This document shows positions 11,771-26,740 of a stretch of DNA of 64,000 nt, piece by piece; the stretch's first letter is position 1, and each line of letters begins with the position of its first letter. The DNA is from the human T2T-CHM13v2.0 reference genome, Homo sapiens: assembly GCF_009914755.1 (NCBI RefSeq), contig NC_060940.1; one strand, given 5' to 3'. The notes under the pieces are model-generated. The model searched no databases. It saw only the letters and a program-made list of their open reading frames with translations, and was not told where the DNA came from. The position numbers were made by a program, and so were the translations under genes.

Positions 11771-12201
11771 TTTCATGCGCGTCCATGTGAAGAGACCACC
11801 AAACAGGCTTTGTGTGAGCAACACGGCTGTTTATTTCACCTGGGTGCAGGCGGGCTGAGTCCGAAAAGAGAGTCGGCAAAGGGTGGTGGATTATCATTAG
11901 TTCTTATGGGTTTTGGGATAGGCGGTGAAGTTAAGAGCAATGTTTTGCGGGCAGGAGTGGATCTCACAAAGTACATCCTCAAGAGTGGGGAGAATTTCAA
12001 AGAACCTTCTTAAGGGTGGGGGAGATTACAAAGTACATTGATCAGTTCGGGTGGGGCAGAAACAAATCACAATGGTGGAATGTCATCAGTTAAGGCTATT
12101 TTTACTTCTTTTGTGGATCTTTAGTTACTTCAGGCCATCTGGATGTACACGTGTAAGTCATAGGGGATGCGATGGCTTGGCTTGGGCTCAGAGGCCTGAC
12201 A
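11771..12201 (-). mobile_element. HERV-H 5' LTR (LTR7 family)
   Basis: 431 bp, followed by PBS; non-viral flank starts at 12202 (gtagg). Confidence 0.96.
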
Positions 12202-12320
12202 GTAGGTGTTCTAGAAAGGTGTGTTGTGTTAATGTGTGAATACTGACTCCCCTCCTCAGTCACTGAGGCGGGGAGGGTGTTTGGCTCTTTTGAGGCATGT
12301 GAGAGTTGGTTGTGCCTTTG

Positions 12321-12478
12321 GTTTTTTGTTTGTTTTTTTTTCTTTTGAGTCTCGCTCTGTTGCCCAGGCTGAAGTACAGTGGTCTGTTCTTGGCTCACTG
12401 CAATCTCCGCCTCCCAGGTTCAAGTGATTCTCCTGCCAAGCAGCTGGGATTACAGGTGCGCACCACCACACCCAGCTA
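12321..12478 (-). mobile_element. Alu right-arm fragment
   Basis: T-rich tail then gagtctcgctctgttgcccaggct...cacccagcta. Confidence 0.85.
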
Positions 12479-12605
12479 GGTTGTGCCTTTGTTAGGTTCT
12501 CTGTGACTTTTACCCACTGTGCCATTCCTGAAAGAAATCTTTTTTTTTTTTTTTTTAATTAGAAGAATTACTGGAACTAGCTTGGCACTGTTGGACACAG
12601 TCTTT

Positions 12606-12693
12606 GTCTCAGCTACTCGAGAGGCTGAGGCAGGAGGTTCGCTCGAGCCCAGCCTGGGCAACATAGCAAGACCCTATGTCCGAAGGAAAAAAA
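12606..12693 (+). mobile_element. Internally deleted Alu fragment
   Basis: cagctactcgagaggctgaggcaggagg...cagcctgggcaacatagcaagacc plus A tail. Confidence 0.75.
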
Positions 12694-13544
12694 AGGCAAA
12701 ATCAGAATTACCAGAACTGATTTCACATGTGTAGGTAGCAGATGGTGGCCATGCAATTCAGGTCTGTCTGAAGGCCCCCAGGCCTGGTACAAAACTGTGT
12801 AAGGCCAGTACAAGGCCCTGACAGGTTCCCAAGTGGCTGGACTGGAAGAGATGCCAAGTTCATGGCCTCCTAACCTGACTCCACCCAGCACTCCCTGGGC
12901 CCAGCGACGTTCCCTCCTGAAGCCTGAAATTCACCTCCACCTGAGGAGGCCATCTGCCTGGGGATAGGTTCTTGCAAAAATGAAAACACTCATTTCCAGA
13001 GGCAATTAATTCTTTTAAAGGATGTCAGATTTTTGGTACAAAATCATGGTTTCCACGTTGGCTTCATGCTCGGTGCTTTATGAGAAAAATCCCTTTTTTC
13101 TACGGTTGTGTTCATTGTATTGTAAAGCAATCGTAGATTATTTTAAGGTTTTGAGTTAGAGTGATTATCCAATTTTATGAGGGAAATAAAGGAATTCCAT
13201 GAGAAAAACGGGGGCTTTCCTGCAGGGCTCGGGGTTGCGGGAGCGGCAGATAACCTGATTCATTAACATGAGCCCAGTGGGATTGGTGGGGGTGATGGGG
13301 ACACAGATTGGAGCACTCAACTCAGGCACAGGACCCCAGCAGAACATGCCCAGGTCCTCCTAGACATGGGCCCTTGCAGACTTTCTGAGGCCTCGGTTTC
13401 GTCATCTTACCAAGGTGTGACCCCAACCATCATCTCCTGAACTTCTGGCCACAGAGCTCTGAGCAAGCTTCCATCATGACCCCATTTTGGAGATGGGGAG
13501 TTGGCGCAGCCACACTGCTGCTCAGTGGTAGAACCAGCATCTGA

Positions 13545-13926
<382 letters not shown>

Positions 13927-14469
13927 TAAAATCAAATTAACTGAGTTCCTCCATTGCATTGGCCACGTTTCAAGTGTGCAGAGTGACACATGGCCAGTGG
14001 CTGCCATCACCGCTGATGTCGCCACGTCCCTCATCACAGGAATATCCCTGGCAGCCCTGCTCCCGGCCCTCTGCCCTCCTGACGCTCCCTTGTGACTTGT
14101 TAGAAAAGCGTAGGTACAGCTAAAAAAAAAAAAAAAAAACTGATGGCTGTGAGAATACTGTCACTCGCTGATGCCTTCTGTGTAGAAAAATAAGCCTTAG
14201 ACAGATCTTCGCAAGAACATCGTGATGGCTCTCATAGGCATAATTACGTGTTCCAAGCCAAATTGCAGTTCAAGAGAAGGTTATAAATCTCTTCTTAATA
14301 ACAATTGTACTCACGTTCCTCTCCTGGAAACTAAGAGGAAGGTAGCTGAAGAAACTCTCCCTGCCCAGTTAAATCTTGTTTTTTGGGTACTTTTGGACTC
14401 CAGGGTCACATCAGCAATGGCCCGGGACAGACGAGGGGGAGCCTTCATCTGTACTTCGTGTCTTTCCAG

Positions 14470-14571
14470 GGTGGCAATGACCATGAGATCTTCACAGACC
14501 CCAGAACCATGGGCTACTCCGTGACAGCGCCTGAGGACACGCGCAGGATCTGTGAACTGCTGTTCTCCTAA
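14470..14571 (+). CDS. PMM2: Phosphomannomutase 2, last coding exon (residues 214-246)
   Basis: Acceptor tctttccag at 14461-14469; [33 protein letters not shown]-stop, 102 nt, the PMM2 C-terminus with HAD motif GGNDxEI. Confidence 0.98.
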   Translation, partial: GGNDHEIFTDPRTMGYSVTAPEDTRRICELLFS

Positions 14572-16075
14572 CGTGGGAGCGGGAGGGGCGGGGTCCCGGC
14601 TGACAAGCCAGCATAGGGCATTCGGTGGCCAGAGCCGAGGGTCCTCCCACACGTGCTCACCCACCCGCAGCCTAGGCAGGCTCTGCATGCTATGCCAGGC
14701 ATGTGCAGTCTGGACTTCCACCTCCAGTGCCAGAAACTTCCAGAAGGAAGGAGAAAACTCTTGTCAAGAATGGCCCAGAGGAATGCCTCGCACAAAAGGT
14801 CTTCCCCACCCACCCCCAGCCCACTAGTCTAATACCCACCCTGATACGTGCAATCATGTAGTTTTGGCGGAAATTTCCCCATCATTCTAGGATGATACAG
14901 AAAGAAAAACTGTGCCTGGACCCTCCCTCTTGGTGGGTCTGTGGAAACATAAGCGGTTTTTTTAATGGGCCCCTGCATCAATACCAAACATGGGGGTTTG
15001 GTAATGAGAAACCAGGACAGGCCATCTGCAGTGACCCAGCCCAGGACGAAGTTTACAAACACCTCCTGGAACGAAGCTCCCGCCTGCATGTCACCTTGAT
15101 GGGGGCTGTGAGTGGGGCAGTGTGATACCCAGTGACTAGACGCACTCTGCGTTTTCCCGTGTTTGGGGCTGAGGCCTGCTGGACAGATGGCTGGCCAAGT
15201 GGGAGCAGACCCTAGGGAGTTTGCACCTCGGCTGGGCCGGATTCGGACCGGCTCTGTGTTCACTACACTCAGAATAGCCTGGCTGCTTCTCTGTCTCCGA
15301 GACCGGAGGTAGTGGGAACCAACAGCTGGGCTGGAGAGTTGGTGCTGGCAAAACAGTCCTTCCCCTGGGGCCGGTTCTTACCCAGGTCCAGAGAAACCAA
15401 CGCGGGATGTCAGACTTCACCAAAAGGACTTTCTGGTTGCCCCTGGCTGGCTTCCTGGAGGCGTTCGCCTCTAGTTTCTCAGGGATGGAGCGAGAGCCCA
15501 GCCAGAGAACAGTAAGAGGAGCTGCTCTCCTATCTGCACTCACCCAGGCCTTCACCCAGACTTTACCACGGAGGCGGCTGAGTGCAGCTACAGCTAGGTC
15601 CGCGTCCCTCACTCTTTTCATCTTCTGCACGTTCTTCGTGAAACTGGAAGGATCCCGGGTCTCAGCTAGAACACGGTGGAAGAGAACTTTCCTAGGAAAC
15701 GGTTCATGTGTCACTTTTCAGGATGTGGAAACACTGAGCCATACACCCTCCATTGCTTGGTGCTGGGGTTGTGTGGCCTCCACTGGGCACTTGCCGACCT
15801 GAGTCTGGGGCCAGGGGAGCCCAGGCTGCCCTGCACTCCTGCCTCCCAGCCCACAGCCAGGTGCTTTCATCACAGCTAAACCTGGTTCCCTCCAAACCTC
15901 CCAGCCACTCGGGCTTGTAACTGTCTGAGCCCCGGATCCGGTGGGGTGAAAGCAGCCAGCTCATCCCAGTGACTCACAGGACACAGCCATCCAGCGGCAT
16001 CTTTCCTTGTCGAATGATACTGTAATGACCTTCCAAAGTGAAGAGTAGCACATTAAAGTGATTTTATTGTTTCCT
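14572..16075 (+). other. PMM2: PMM2 3'UTR
   Basis: Unique sequence after the stop; ATTAAA at 16052-16057 followed by a T/GT-rich tract. End approximate. Confidence 0.8.
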
Positions 16076-17618
16076 GTTTCTCATTCCGATTTCTTTTTCC
16101 TCCTATGTTCCCAGATTCTGGAATGGAACCCCAGCCCTTCCAGGTCTGAGAGCCACTCTTTCTTTGCTCTGGATTTCTGTCACATCGGGGGCCCCTCCCT
16201 CTGCGGAGTTGCATGTTGCTGTTCCTGATGCACAGACTCCTCCCCCGCTGCTTTTCTGCCCACTGGGTCAGGATCTGCCATTCTTTACAAGTTTCCTTAA
16301 CGTATTGCGTCAAAGCGAGACAACCGAGTCTTACTCAAACTTGTTTTAACCGGAGATGGAGGGTTGCTGCTGTGTCACCGCCTGCACAGGGCTGCCCTCA
16401 GGTGAGTACCCCGAGTCTGCCAGGCTGGGTGCTGATGCGTGGAGGTTTGGGCCGTCCCTGCCCCAGTTCCCACAGTGGCTGCTTGAGACCCTCCCCAGGC
16501 CCCTCGAGCCCCTCCTGCACTGTCTGCTGCCTCCCTTCTGCAGTCAGAATTGACACTCCCCTTCCACCTTCTTTGTCATCACATTGCATCCCAGGCCAGC
16601 TTCCTGGGGCTTACTCCAAGGGCATCGGCTTGCCCCGCACTGTGGTGGGATGTAAAGTGATAACAGCTAAACGACGCATGCACAACATGTCCTGGTGCCT
16701 TCTGCGTGACCCCAGAGCAGCAGGTTCTGCACGTGGCAGGTAAGAGCACAGCTGCCAAGACCCCAAGCCTAGTTCTGCTGCTACAAGCTGCTGCGTGACT
16801 TAAGGTGAGTTCATCTTCGCCTCAGTTTCCTCCTCTGTCAAATGGGATAGTCCTTACCGTGTATGGAATTTAAAGCACTTTGAACAGTGAGTGTGAGCCA
16901 TTACTAACTCAAGTAATACCCCTTCCCAACCCAGAACCCTATAAGGCAGGGACAGTCAGTCCCTCTCTCTGCTTTAGGGGGTTGCAGGATAAAGACACCG
17001 TCACAAGAAATTTAAACACAGTAGGTAAATTTTGAGCCACAGCAAAGCACAGAGGTTGCATCCAGGCCAGCTTAGCACTGTTGAAAGTCACCATCCCCAG
17101 CACTGCAGAAGCTGACCCTGAACTCAAGGTCACCCAGGGCTTAAGCCTCAGAGAAAAGGCCTGGGTTGAACCTGAGCAGTGGGTGAGTGCAGGGCAGGCC
17201 TCTGGCTCCCTGGAGGGAGAGGCTAGCCAGGAAGTTGAGCTTGAACCTGATCCCGAGGGAGAGGTGTGGGGCATGCTCATGATCTGTCCGGGAAGGTCTC
17301 TCCAGCTACTGGAAGGGGAGTGCCCACAGGGGCCAGGAGAAGGCAGTTGGGCAGATGTTGCCGTAGTCCGGACACATCCAGGCATACGTGGTTTTGAATC
17401 ACTTCCTCTCCAAGGGCTGCTGCTTCCTCTCCACCCCTCCCAAGTGTTCTGGCTCTGGGCCCCAGCTGGCCACCTCAGCCCGGGCAGGCTCCTCCAACCT
17501 GAACGACAGGCAACCTCCACGCTGCCTGCCACGGCACCCCAAAGTCAAGACGTAGAACTCATTCCACCTCCTTCACCCGAGGCTGCTTTCCCAAACGTCT
17601 TCCCAGTCCCACCTTCAG

Positions 17619-18232
<614 letters not shown>

Positions 18233-18650
18233 TCCCCACCTTCAGCTTTTGCCAAACCCTTCCTTGGCTACCCATGTAGTACTCCATATAGTAAGTAAGT
18301 CAGCAAATCTCATTGTTTTGAGCTAAGTGCCTACGTTAGGCTCTCCCTAAACAGGTTTGATGGGCTGGTTTTTTCCCAATATGCTTTGGAAATCATTGTA
18401 TAATACTGACAAGAAAAGTGTCCATCTCTGCACCACCCAAAATCACTGCCTCCCTTGGGAGACACCGGCCAGAGCAAAGCCTTCCCAACAGAGCACAGCG
18501 ACCCCATAGAGTGGCCCCTGCCTGTCACTGCTCTCCTGGAAACCAAGAACAGGAGTTCTTACACCTGCCCACCTTCTGCCCTCACTCCCACTGGCCCAAC
18601 AGCAAACCCTTCCTCCCCTGCTATGGACCTTGAAAAGCTCTCCGTCCTAG

Positions 18651-19328
<678 letters not shown>

Positions 19329-19699
19329 ACTTCTATAGCAGGAATGAGCCAGGGACTGTGGACAGTGTGCCCCGAGGCCCGTCCTCTCTTCCCACAGCTG
19401 ATGGGGATGAGGTGTAACTCACACATCCTAAAAGCTTCAACAGGGCACTGGAGCGCCGCTGACCAAGTTACTGGCATTTTCTATTGCCAGGAAGCCGCAT
19501 TCTCCTCTCTGCTAAGCTTTCTCATGCTAGAGAATGATGACTAAAAAACAGATGATCCCATCTTCTTATTCACCATCCCCTAAAAAAAACAGACTGCCAC
19601 GTGGAATGTGTCAGCCTCACCTGGGGGAGACACCCTTATCTGACGACTTAAAAGGAAAAACTTGGTGAGCCAGCCTCCACACAAACACACGCATAGCCT

Positions 19700-21922
19700 T
19701 GCACAAAACAAAAATTTATTGGGAGAAAGATGGCTGATGGGAGGCAAGATCTGGATTCAGGAATCCTCAATTTTAGCTCTCGCTCTGTCACCAAAACCCT
19801 CCGTCCCTCCCAGAGCCTCGAGGAGTTTCCCCTTGTGTAAACCGGTATCGCGTCCCTTCCAGCTCTGACATCCTGCGGTTCTAGAATACCCATTGATTGA
19901 AAGAGCTGTGGCCAAACAGGAAGGACAGAGTAAGAGCCGCTGACAAAGGATTCTGCCAAGACAGAATCCCAAGGTCACAGGAGAGAGGCTTGGGGCAGTG
20001 AAAGCCCTCTCGGGTCTTGGCTGTGGAAGTGTGGACTGTACCAGCAGATGGGCCCTTGGGAAGCCAACAGGGAACAATTCAAGGCTGGAGAGAAAAGGCC
20101 ACCTTTGACCCAGCAGAAGGCAGAGGCGGGAGAGGAGGGTGAGGATGTACAAGGAGCATCGCAGGCGAGGAAACAATGGCCAGGACCTAACTGTGGTGGG
20201 AACTGCCTTTGTCTCCACACACTCGCAATCAACATGCGTATTTGCTATTCTCAAACAACTCCCTTCCACCCCCTTAGGCTGAAAGGACAAACTCATCAGA
20301 GTTGAGGAGTACCTACCTGATGAAGCTGTTCATGCTTCCAGCATCAAACTGGACGTTTACTGTCTGCCCAAAAGCCAGTTTCCAAAAGGTTTGCTTCCCT
20401 CTGTTCAGTGGATTCTTGACTACATATAGGTCATATATTTCAAAAAATAATGCCTAGCTATTTCTACTTTGAAATCATGACTAAAGCCAAACCACAACCA
20501 CAGCAAAGATAACCTAAGGATTTGTTTACCAGAAATACCTACAAAAAAGTTTGCAGGCCGGGCGCGATGGCTCACACTTGTAATCCCAGCACTTTGAGAG
20601 GCCGAGATGGGCAGATCACCTGAGGTCAGGGGTTCAAGACCATCCTGCCCAACATGATGAAACCTGGTCTCTACTAAAAATACAAAAATTAACCGGGTGT
20701 GGTGGCGCATGCCTGTAATCCCAGCTACTCAGGAGACTGAGGCGGAATTGCCAGAACCCTGGAGGGCAGAGGTTGCAGTAAGCTGAGATCGGGCCACTGC
20801 ACTCCAGCCTGGGTGACAGAATGAGACTCAGTCTCCCACCCTGCCAAAAAGTTTGCAATGTCGGCAGCAAAGTGCAAACAGAGCCGGCTCTGGGTGAAAG
20901 CTTTAGTTATGAAAAATAAGAAAAAAAAAATCCCTAAGCATTTCTTAACACTAGTTTTAAAGAAAACCCCCTCTCCAAAGGTATGTTTCTCCTTCAACTT
21001 TCTTGACTTTGCCAGGCTGTCAGGATGCAAGCTACCTACTCTTTTCTGGATGGATCGGGACAAAGTTTTTAAACAAAGACTGTGTCCTCTCCACAAGCCC
21101 TTCCCACCACCACCACCCCAGCCCCCCGCCGCCATAATTACAGGGGCTGTGAAATGGCTGTTGAGTGATGGTCACACAACCAGAAGGCAGATGAAAAGGT
21201 CAGGCTCTAAGAGGGGTTCAGCCTCCCAGTACCAGCCTGCTGTGCCCAGGGGTGGGAGTGCTGGGAGAACTGTCTTCCCCAGACAGGCAGCTATGCCGCC
21301 TCCCACTGCAAAGGCACCAAAAGGCAACATCCGTCCAATCCAAAGACCGCCACCCCCGCCTTTCCCCCCCCACTTCAAGCCAGCTCCCCTAGAACCAACC
21401 AAGCCAAGAATTAGAAAACTGCTTTGCCCAGGCCCCAGGAGAGGCGCAAGGGGCACTTAGGTGGAAATTTGCCTTGGAGAAGTCACGCAAGGTCCCTGTC
21501 AGGCTGCCAGGGGGCCAGATCTGGGAATCTGGGGCCTCCAGCTCCAGGAGGAAGAGGGATTCTGTGGGTTGAGCCCATGTGTCTGAGCAGCTGGAGAAAT
21601 ACCACCCTTGATCCACTCCCTGGGATGGGGTTGGAACCTCCACTCAGCCACCAGTGGGCACCTCTCCTTTTTAAATGCTTTTAATGCTCTTCAGATGGTG
21701 AGAGGTTGTTGCAATGGTCATAGGCTGTGCTGATGGCCGGGAACACCCCACACCCCACACCCCACACCTGCCCCCCATACCCCTTCCTCCAGGAGATACT
21801 TGAGAGGGACCATGCCCGGCTGAAGCCCCGTCTCGTGTGGAAGAATGTCATCTCCAGTGTCTGCTGCCTCCTCCCCGCAAAGTCTCCCACAAGCACAGGA
21901 CAAGGGGTGCTTCCACCATCTC
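19700..21922 (-). other. CARHSP1: CARHSP1 3'UTR
   Basis: Follows the TAG; AATAAA on minus strand at 19715-19720. End approximate. Confidence 0.82.
20556..20835 (+). mobile_element. Alu in CARHSP1 3'UTR (antisense to the mRNA)
   Basis: Full dimer, TSD aaaaagtttgca on both sides. Confidence 0.93.
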
Positions 21923-22085
21923 CTAGGAGCTGATGACATGTCCAGACCAGGTCTCATGCTTGGTGCCTGGTGCCAGGTGAGTGATGACGACCTCCACGGC
22001 CTGCAGCTTCTCATTCTTGGGTGGGATGGAGCACATTTTATAGGTGACCTCGTCGCCTTCCACTGGGACATACTCCCCTTCCACA
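21923..22085 (-). CDS. CARHSP1: CARHSP1 last coding exon (cold-shock domain C-terminal half)
   Basis: (D)[56 protein letters not shown]; 163 nt; tag acceptor 22086-22088. Confidence 0.97.
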
Positions 22086-22592
22086 CTACGGGGGCATAAA
22101 TAAAGCAGTCAGGGCTCACACCGGGACACAGCTCCCTTCCCCAAGACACCAGCCACCCTTCTGGTCACACAGCCACCAAAGCAGGCACCATCTGACCAAC
22201 CACCGGGAACCTCTTTCCAAAGAACTGCCCCTCCACCAGAGGGAGCTGCCACACTGCCCCCAGCCTCTGTCCTAGGCAAGGAGGCCCTGGCCCAATCAGC
22301 TCCTTCCCTGGGACTTTTGATGCTGGAACTGAAAGAGTTCAGCCACCTGTGGGTGCACACATGGTGACATGAAATGTGGGAGGGAGCCTGGGCTTGTGAC
22401 TGAAGAGTAAAGACAGCCAGTCCAAGCCAGAGAGCCAGAGAGAAACAAGGCCATCATGGAGTGAGAATCCGAGTTGAGGGGTGGCCTGGGCAGGGCTTTC
22501 CTGAGGTCCTCAGCACTGCAGCCCCTGGTTCCAGGAGTCTCAGAAACCACACCGTGTCTTTGTTCTCAAATTCCCCAGTTTCCCAGCCTGCC

Positions 22593-22865
22593 TTTTTTTG
22601 AGACAGAGTCTTGTTCTGTTGCCCAGGCTGGAGTGCAGTGGTGTGATCTCAGCTTACTGCATCCACCTCCCGAGTTCAAGTGATTCTCCTGCCTCAGCCA
22701 AGTATCTGGGACTATAGGCACCACAGCCAGCTAATTTTTGTATTTTTAGCAAAGTCAGGGTTTCACCATGTTAGCCAGGCTGGTCTCAAACTCCTGACCT
22801 TAAGTGAGCCACCTGCCTCAGCCTCCGAAAGTGCTGGGATTACAAGCGTGAGCCACCACGCCTGG
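22593..22865 (-). mobile_element. Alu
   Basis: Alu dimer with short T tail. Confidence 0.9.
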
Positions 22866-24022
22866 ACTCCCAGTGAGCCTTCAAGAAGGTCCCTTTGGTG
22901 CATGAAGCTAGTTCCTGGAGGGGCCTCTCCCTGTGACCACCCCCAGGAAGGTTCCCTTACTTTCTAGGGGACATGAGTCACCCTCTCACATGAGACTGGC
23001 ATCTTGATGTCCCCTTGATGAAACCCCCCCAGAGGAAAACCCCCTTCAGATGCTAAATGCAAGGGCCAGCCAGCTCCCCTAGTAACTGGTTTGTTTTGAT
23101 TGGAGAATCGTATGGTGAAGAGTGTTTCCCTCTTTGATCTGGTCACGAGGGAGCTCAGAAATAAATCTGCAGCCCACTTCCAGCAGCAGAACCAGACATC
23201 ACAATATTTCCATCTTCCTAAATATTTCTTTGCCCCAACCTCTATGTTTTCCTTACTGATTCAAAATCCTTTCTGGGACAAGGCAGTATGGAAATACCCT
23301 TACACATCCATGTATGCATTCATATGTGAAATGCGTCACCTTGGTATTCTCCTGCCTGCCGATCTGATAGGTAAGCATGGGGCGGGGGTGGGCAAAGGAG
23401 GGGTAACTCCCCCATTGCAGTGGGCTCCTCTTTTCAGAAATGTGGTTTCCGTGTTAGCGGGTATGCTGTGCAGAGTAGGACTCTGTCTGCCCCTGCCTGA
23501 AGTAAAAGACTTGGGGGTGCTTAGGCCAAAGAAGCAGGTAGGGACAAGGGTGCAGATCGAGGGTCCTCCCCTGTCTAAAGGCTGCCCAGAGGATCAGAGG
23601 TGAAGCATGGGGGGCTGGGTGCCTTCCAGCCCAGCCCTAGGATGTGTGTGCCCCACCCCCGGCTCCCCAAGGGTTTTCAGACACTCAGGAAGGAAGGACG
23701 TCAGTAAGCATGCAGGAGGAGAAAGACCCACCCCAAACTTCCTTCCTGGAGCAAAGGGGCAGGACAGCCCCCAGCCTCACCAGTCCACCTCCCCCAAAGG
23801 AGGGCAGGAAGCTGGACTGGTCCCCAGGCCAAACAGGGCTCCCCAGCCTCATGGGGTGTCCTTGGCCAGATATAATGGGCACTCGGACTCACCCCAGCAG
23901 TCCCTGCTGCTCACACACATGCACCATGCACAGCTGACACCACCCTGTCTCCCACAAGCATAGTCGGGCACCCCCAGATCCATTTCCATCACTTTCTGGC
24001 TATGTGATCTTGGGCAGATCTG

Positions 24023-24819
<797 letters not shown>

Positions 24820-25107
24820 ACACACAAAACCTTACACACCCATTCACAAAGACACACCCAGGGACAATCACAAGTACCGTGTCGCCCCCAGCCTCACATC
24901 CCCCAACACAGCTCCGTAGAGTCTCACAACCCCAACCCAACACACACACAGGAGCACAGCTGGAGCACCAGCCACAGGCAGAGTCACACAGGCCCAGCCA
25001 TTCGTCCTCACACACAGCGCCCATCAGAGTCACACACCATCCCCACCTCCACAGGGCCAAGGAAGCGCCCACCCCAGCCAGGCCACCCAGACCTGCCGCT
25101 GACTCAC

Positions 25108-25230
25108 TCAGAGATGTGCAGGAAGATGTCGGGGCCGCCATCAGCTGGGGTAATGAAGCCATGGCCCTTGGACCGGCAGAAGCATTTGCAGACTCCTTTG
25201 TAGACGGGGCCCTGTGAAGCCCGCACCGTC
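25108..25230 (-). CDS. CARHSP1: CARHSP1 middle coding exon (cold-shock domain RNP motifs)
   Basis: [40 protein letters not shown]; 123 nt; cag acceptor, gtgagt donor. Confidence 0.97.
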
Positions 25231-25928
25231 CTGACAGAGAGGGGGAAATGTCAGGGGCCCCATCAGCGCTCCTGGGCACACAAAGCTCATTCCAGCCCCT
25301 GCCCACAGCTGTGCCCCATCAAGCCCTGGCCAGGACCGCCATGTACAGTCACACAGGCTGAGGACTGCACAACCCTCAACCCTGGGAGCCGCTCACAAAG
25401 ACGCTGGGGGAAAGGACTCTTTGGGTGACCCTGGCCAATTTTCTCGGGCCTGTTTTCCCTCCTGGAAAGAGGGAGTTGAACTAAAACATCACTGAACATC
25501 CCTCCAGAAACTAATGATTTACTATTAATAACACAAGCATCCTCCACTCGCAAGGCCTGAGACCTGCATCTGCCAGGCATTATGTGGGTCCTTTGCAGCC
25601 CTGGTGCTGTGCCCATTTTGCAGCTGCAGAATTCACAGTCTCACAGGGAACCAGACTCTCATGTGTGGTTAAAGCCCAGCGATTCTGACCCCAGCAACTG
25701 CCCACCCATTGCCACTCCCAGCTGGTAACAGGTTCTTCTGGGCTGGGCAGTACCCTGAATTTACAAGGCGCCTTCCTAGTTTCTCACCCTCAGCCCACGG
25801 CCCAGCCCCAGGTCTGCCTATTTGGCAGTCCGGGACATAGGCCCAAAAATGGCCAGAGACACAGTGAATCTCTGGCCTCAGGCAAGAGATCCATCTGAGA
25901 ACGCGTCCCCAGCCTGCTCCAGACTCAC

Positions 25929-26086
25929 GCCGAGAAGGTCCTCGTCCGGCGAGTGGGCAGTGGGCTTGGGACCACGTTGCCGCGCAGAGGGGATGGTGAG
26001 CGCTCACGGCTCCGAGGGGTGTCCAGCAGCCCGACTGAAGCTTGATGGGTGGGGGGCTGTGGTGGTGGGGGAGGCTCAGATGACAT
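25929..26086 (-). CDS. CARHSP1: Calcium-regulated heat-stable protein 1, first coding exon
   Basis: GCC-ATG at 26086; MSSEPPPPPQPPTHQASVGLLDTPRSRERSPSPLRGNVVPSPLPTRRTRTFS; exon starts 26093. The three exons total 158+123+163=444 nt = 147 aa + stop. Confidence 0.97.
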
Positions 26087-26453
26087 GGCTGACCTGGAAA
26101 GAGAAGAGGCTGTCAGGGGCTCGTGCCTTGCAAGGTAGGGACCCTGTGCTTACCCCCATGTCCACGTCTGACAGTCCAGTATCTGAGGCTCATTCCTCTC
26201 GGGCACCTCAGCACCATTGTCACCTTGTCTGGGAGCACGCCTGGCAGGGTCAGATGCCTACTCTGGGCTCCTGAAGCAACCGTGGGGCCCCCTCGATCAT
26301 AGCTCTTCATGAAAATGCCACATCCTCCCCCATGACCAGGATGGCATCGGTCCCCTCTGTGTCCCCAGCACAAGGCATGGATCCCGGCACATTTGGGACA
26401 CATAGTATTTGTGGGAGGGAAGGAGGAAGGTGAGCAGAAAACCCAAAGCCAGG

Positions 26454-26740
26454 GGCCGGGCGCAGTGGCTCACACCTGCAATCCCAGCACTCTGGGAGGC
26501 CGAGGCAGGCGGATCACTTAATGTCAGGAGTTCGAGACTAGCCTGGCCAACATGGGGAAACCCAGTCTCTAATACGAATACAAAAATTAGCTGGGCATGG
26601 CGGCAGGCACCTGTAATCCCATCTACTTGAAGGCTGAAGCATGAGAATTGCTTGAACCTGGGAGGCGGAGGTTCCAGTGAGCTGAGATCGCACCACTGCA
26701 CTCCAGCCTGGGCTACAGAGCAAGACTCTGTCTCAAAAAA
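26454..26740 (+). mobile_element. Alu
   Basis: 18-bp TSD agaaaacccaaagccagg. Confidence 0.93.

Noticed and set aside
15136-15714. 192-aa minus-strand ORF
   Set aside because: Antisense to the PMM2 3'UTR, no recognisable motif or splice structure.
19757-21460. 179-aa and 200-aa ORFs in the CARHSP1 3'UTR
   Set aside because: No domain similarity; expected by chance.
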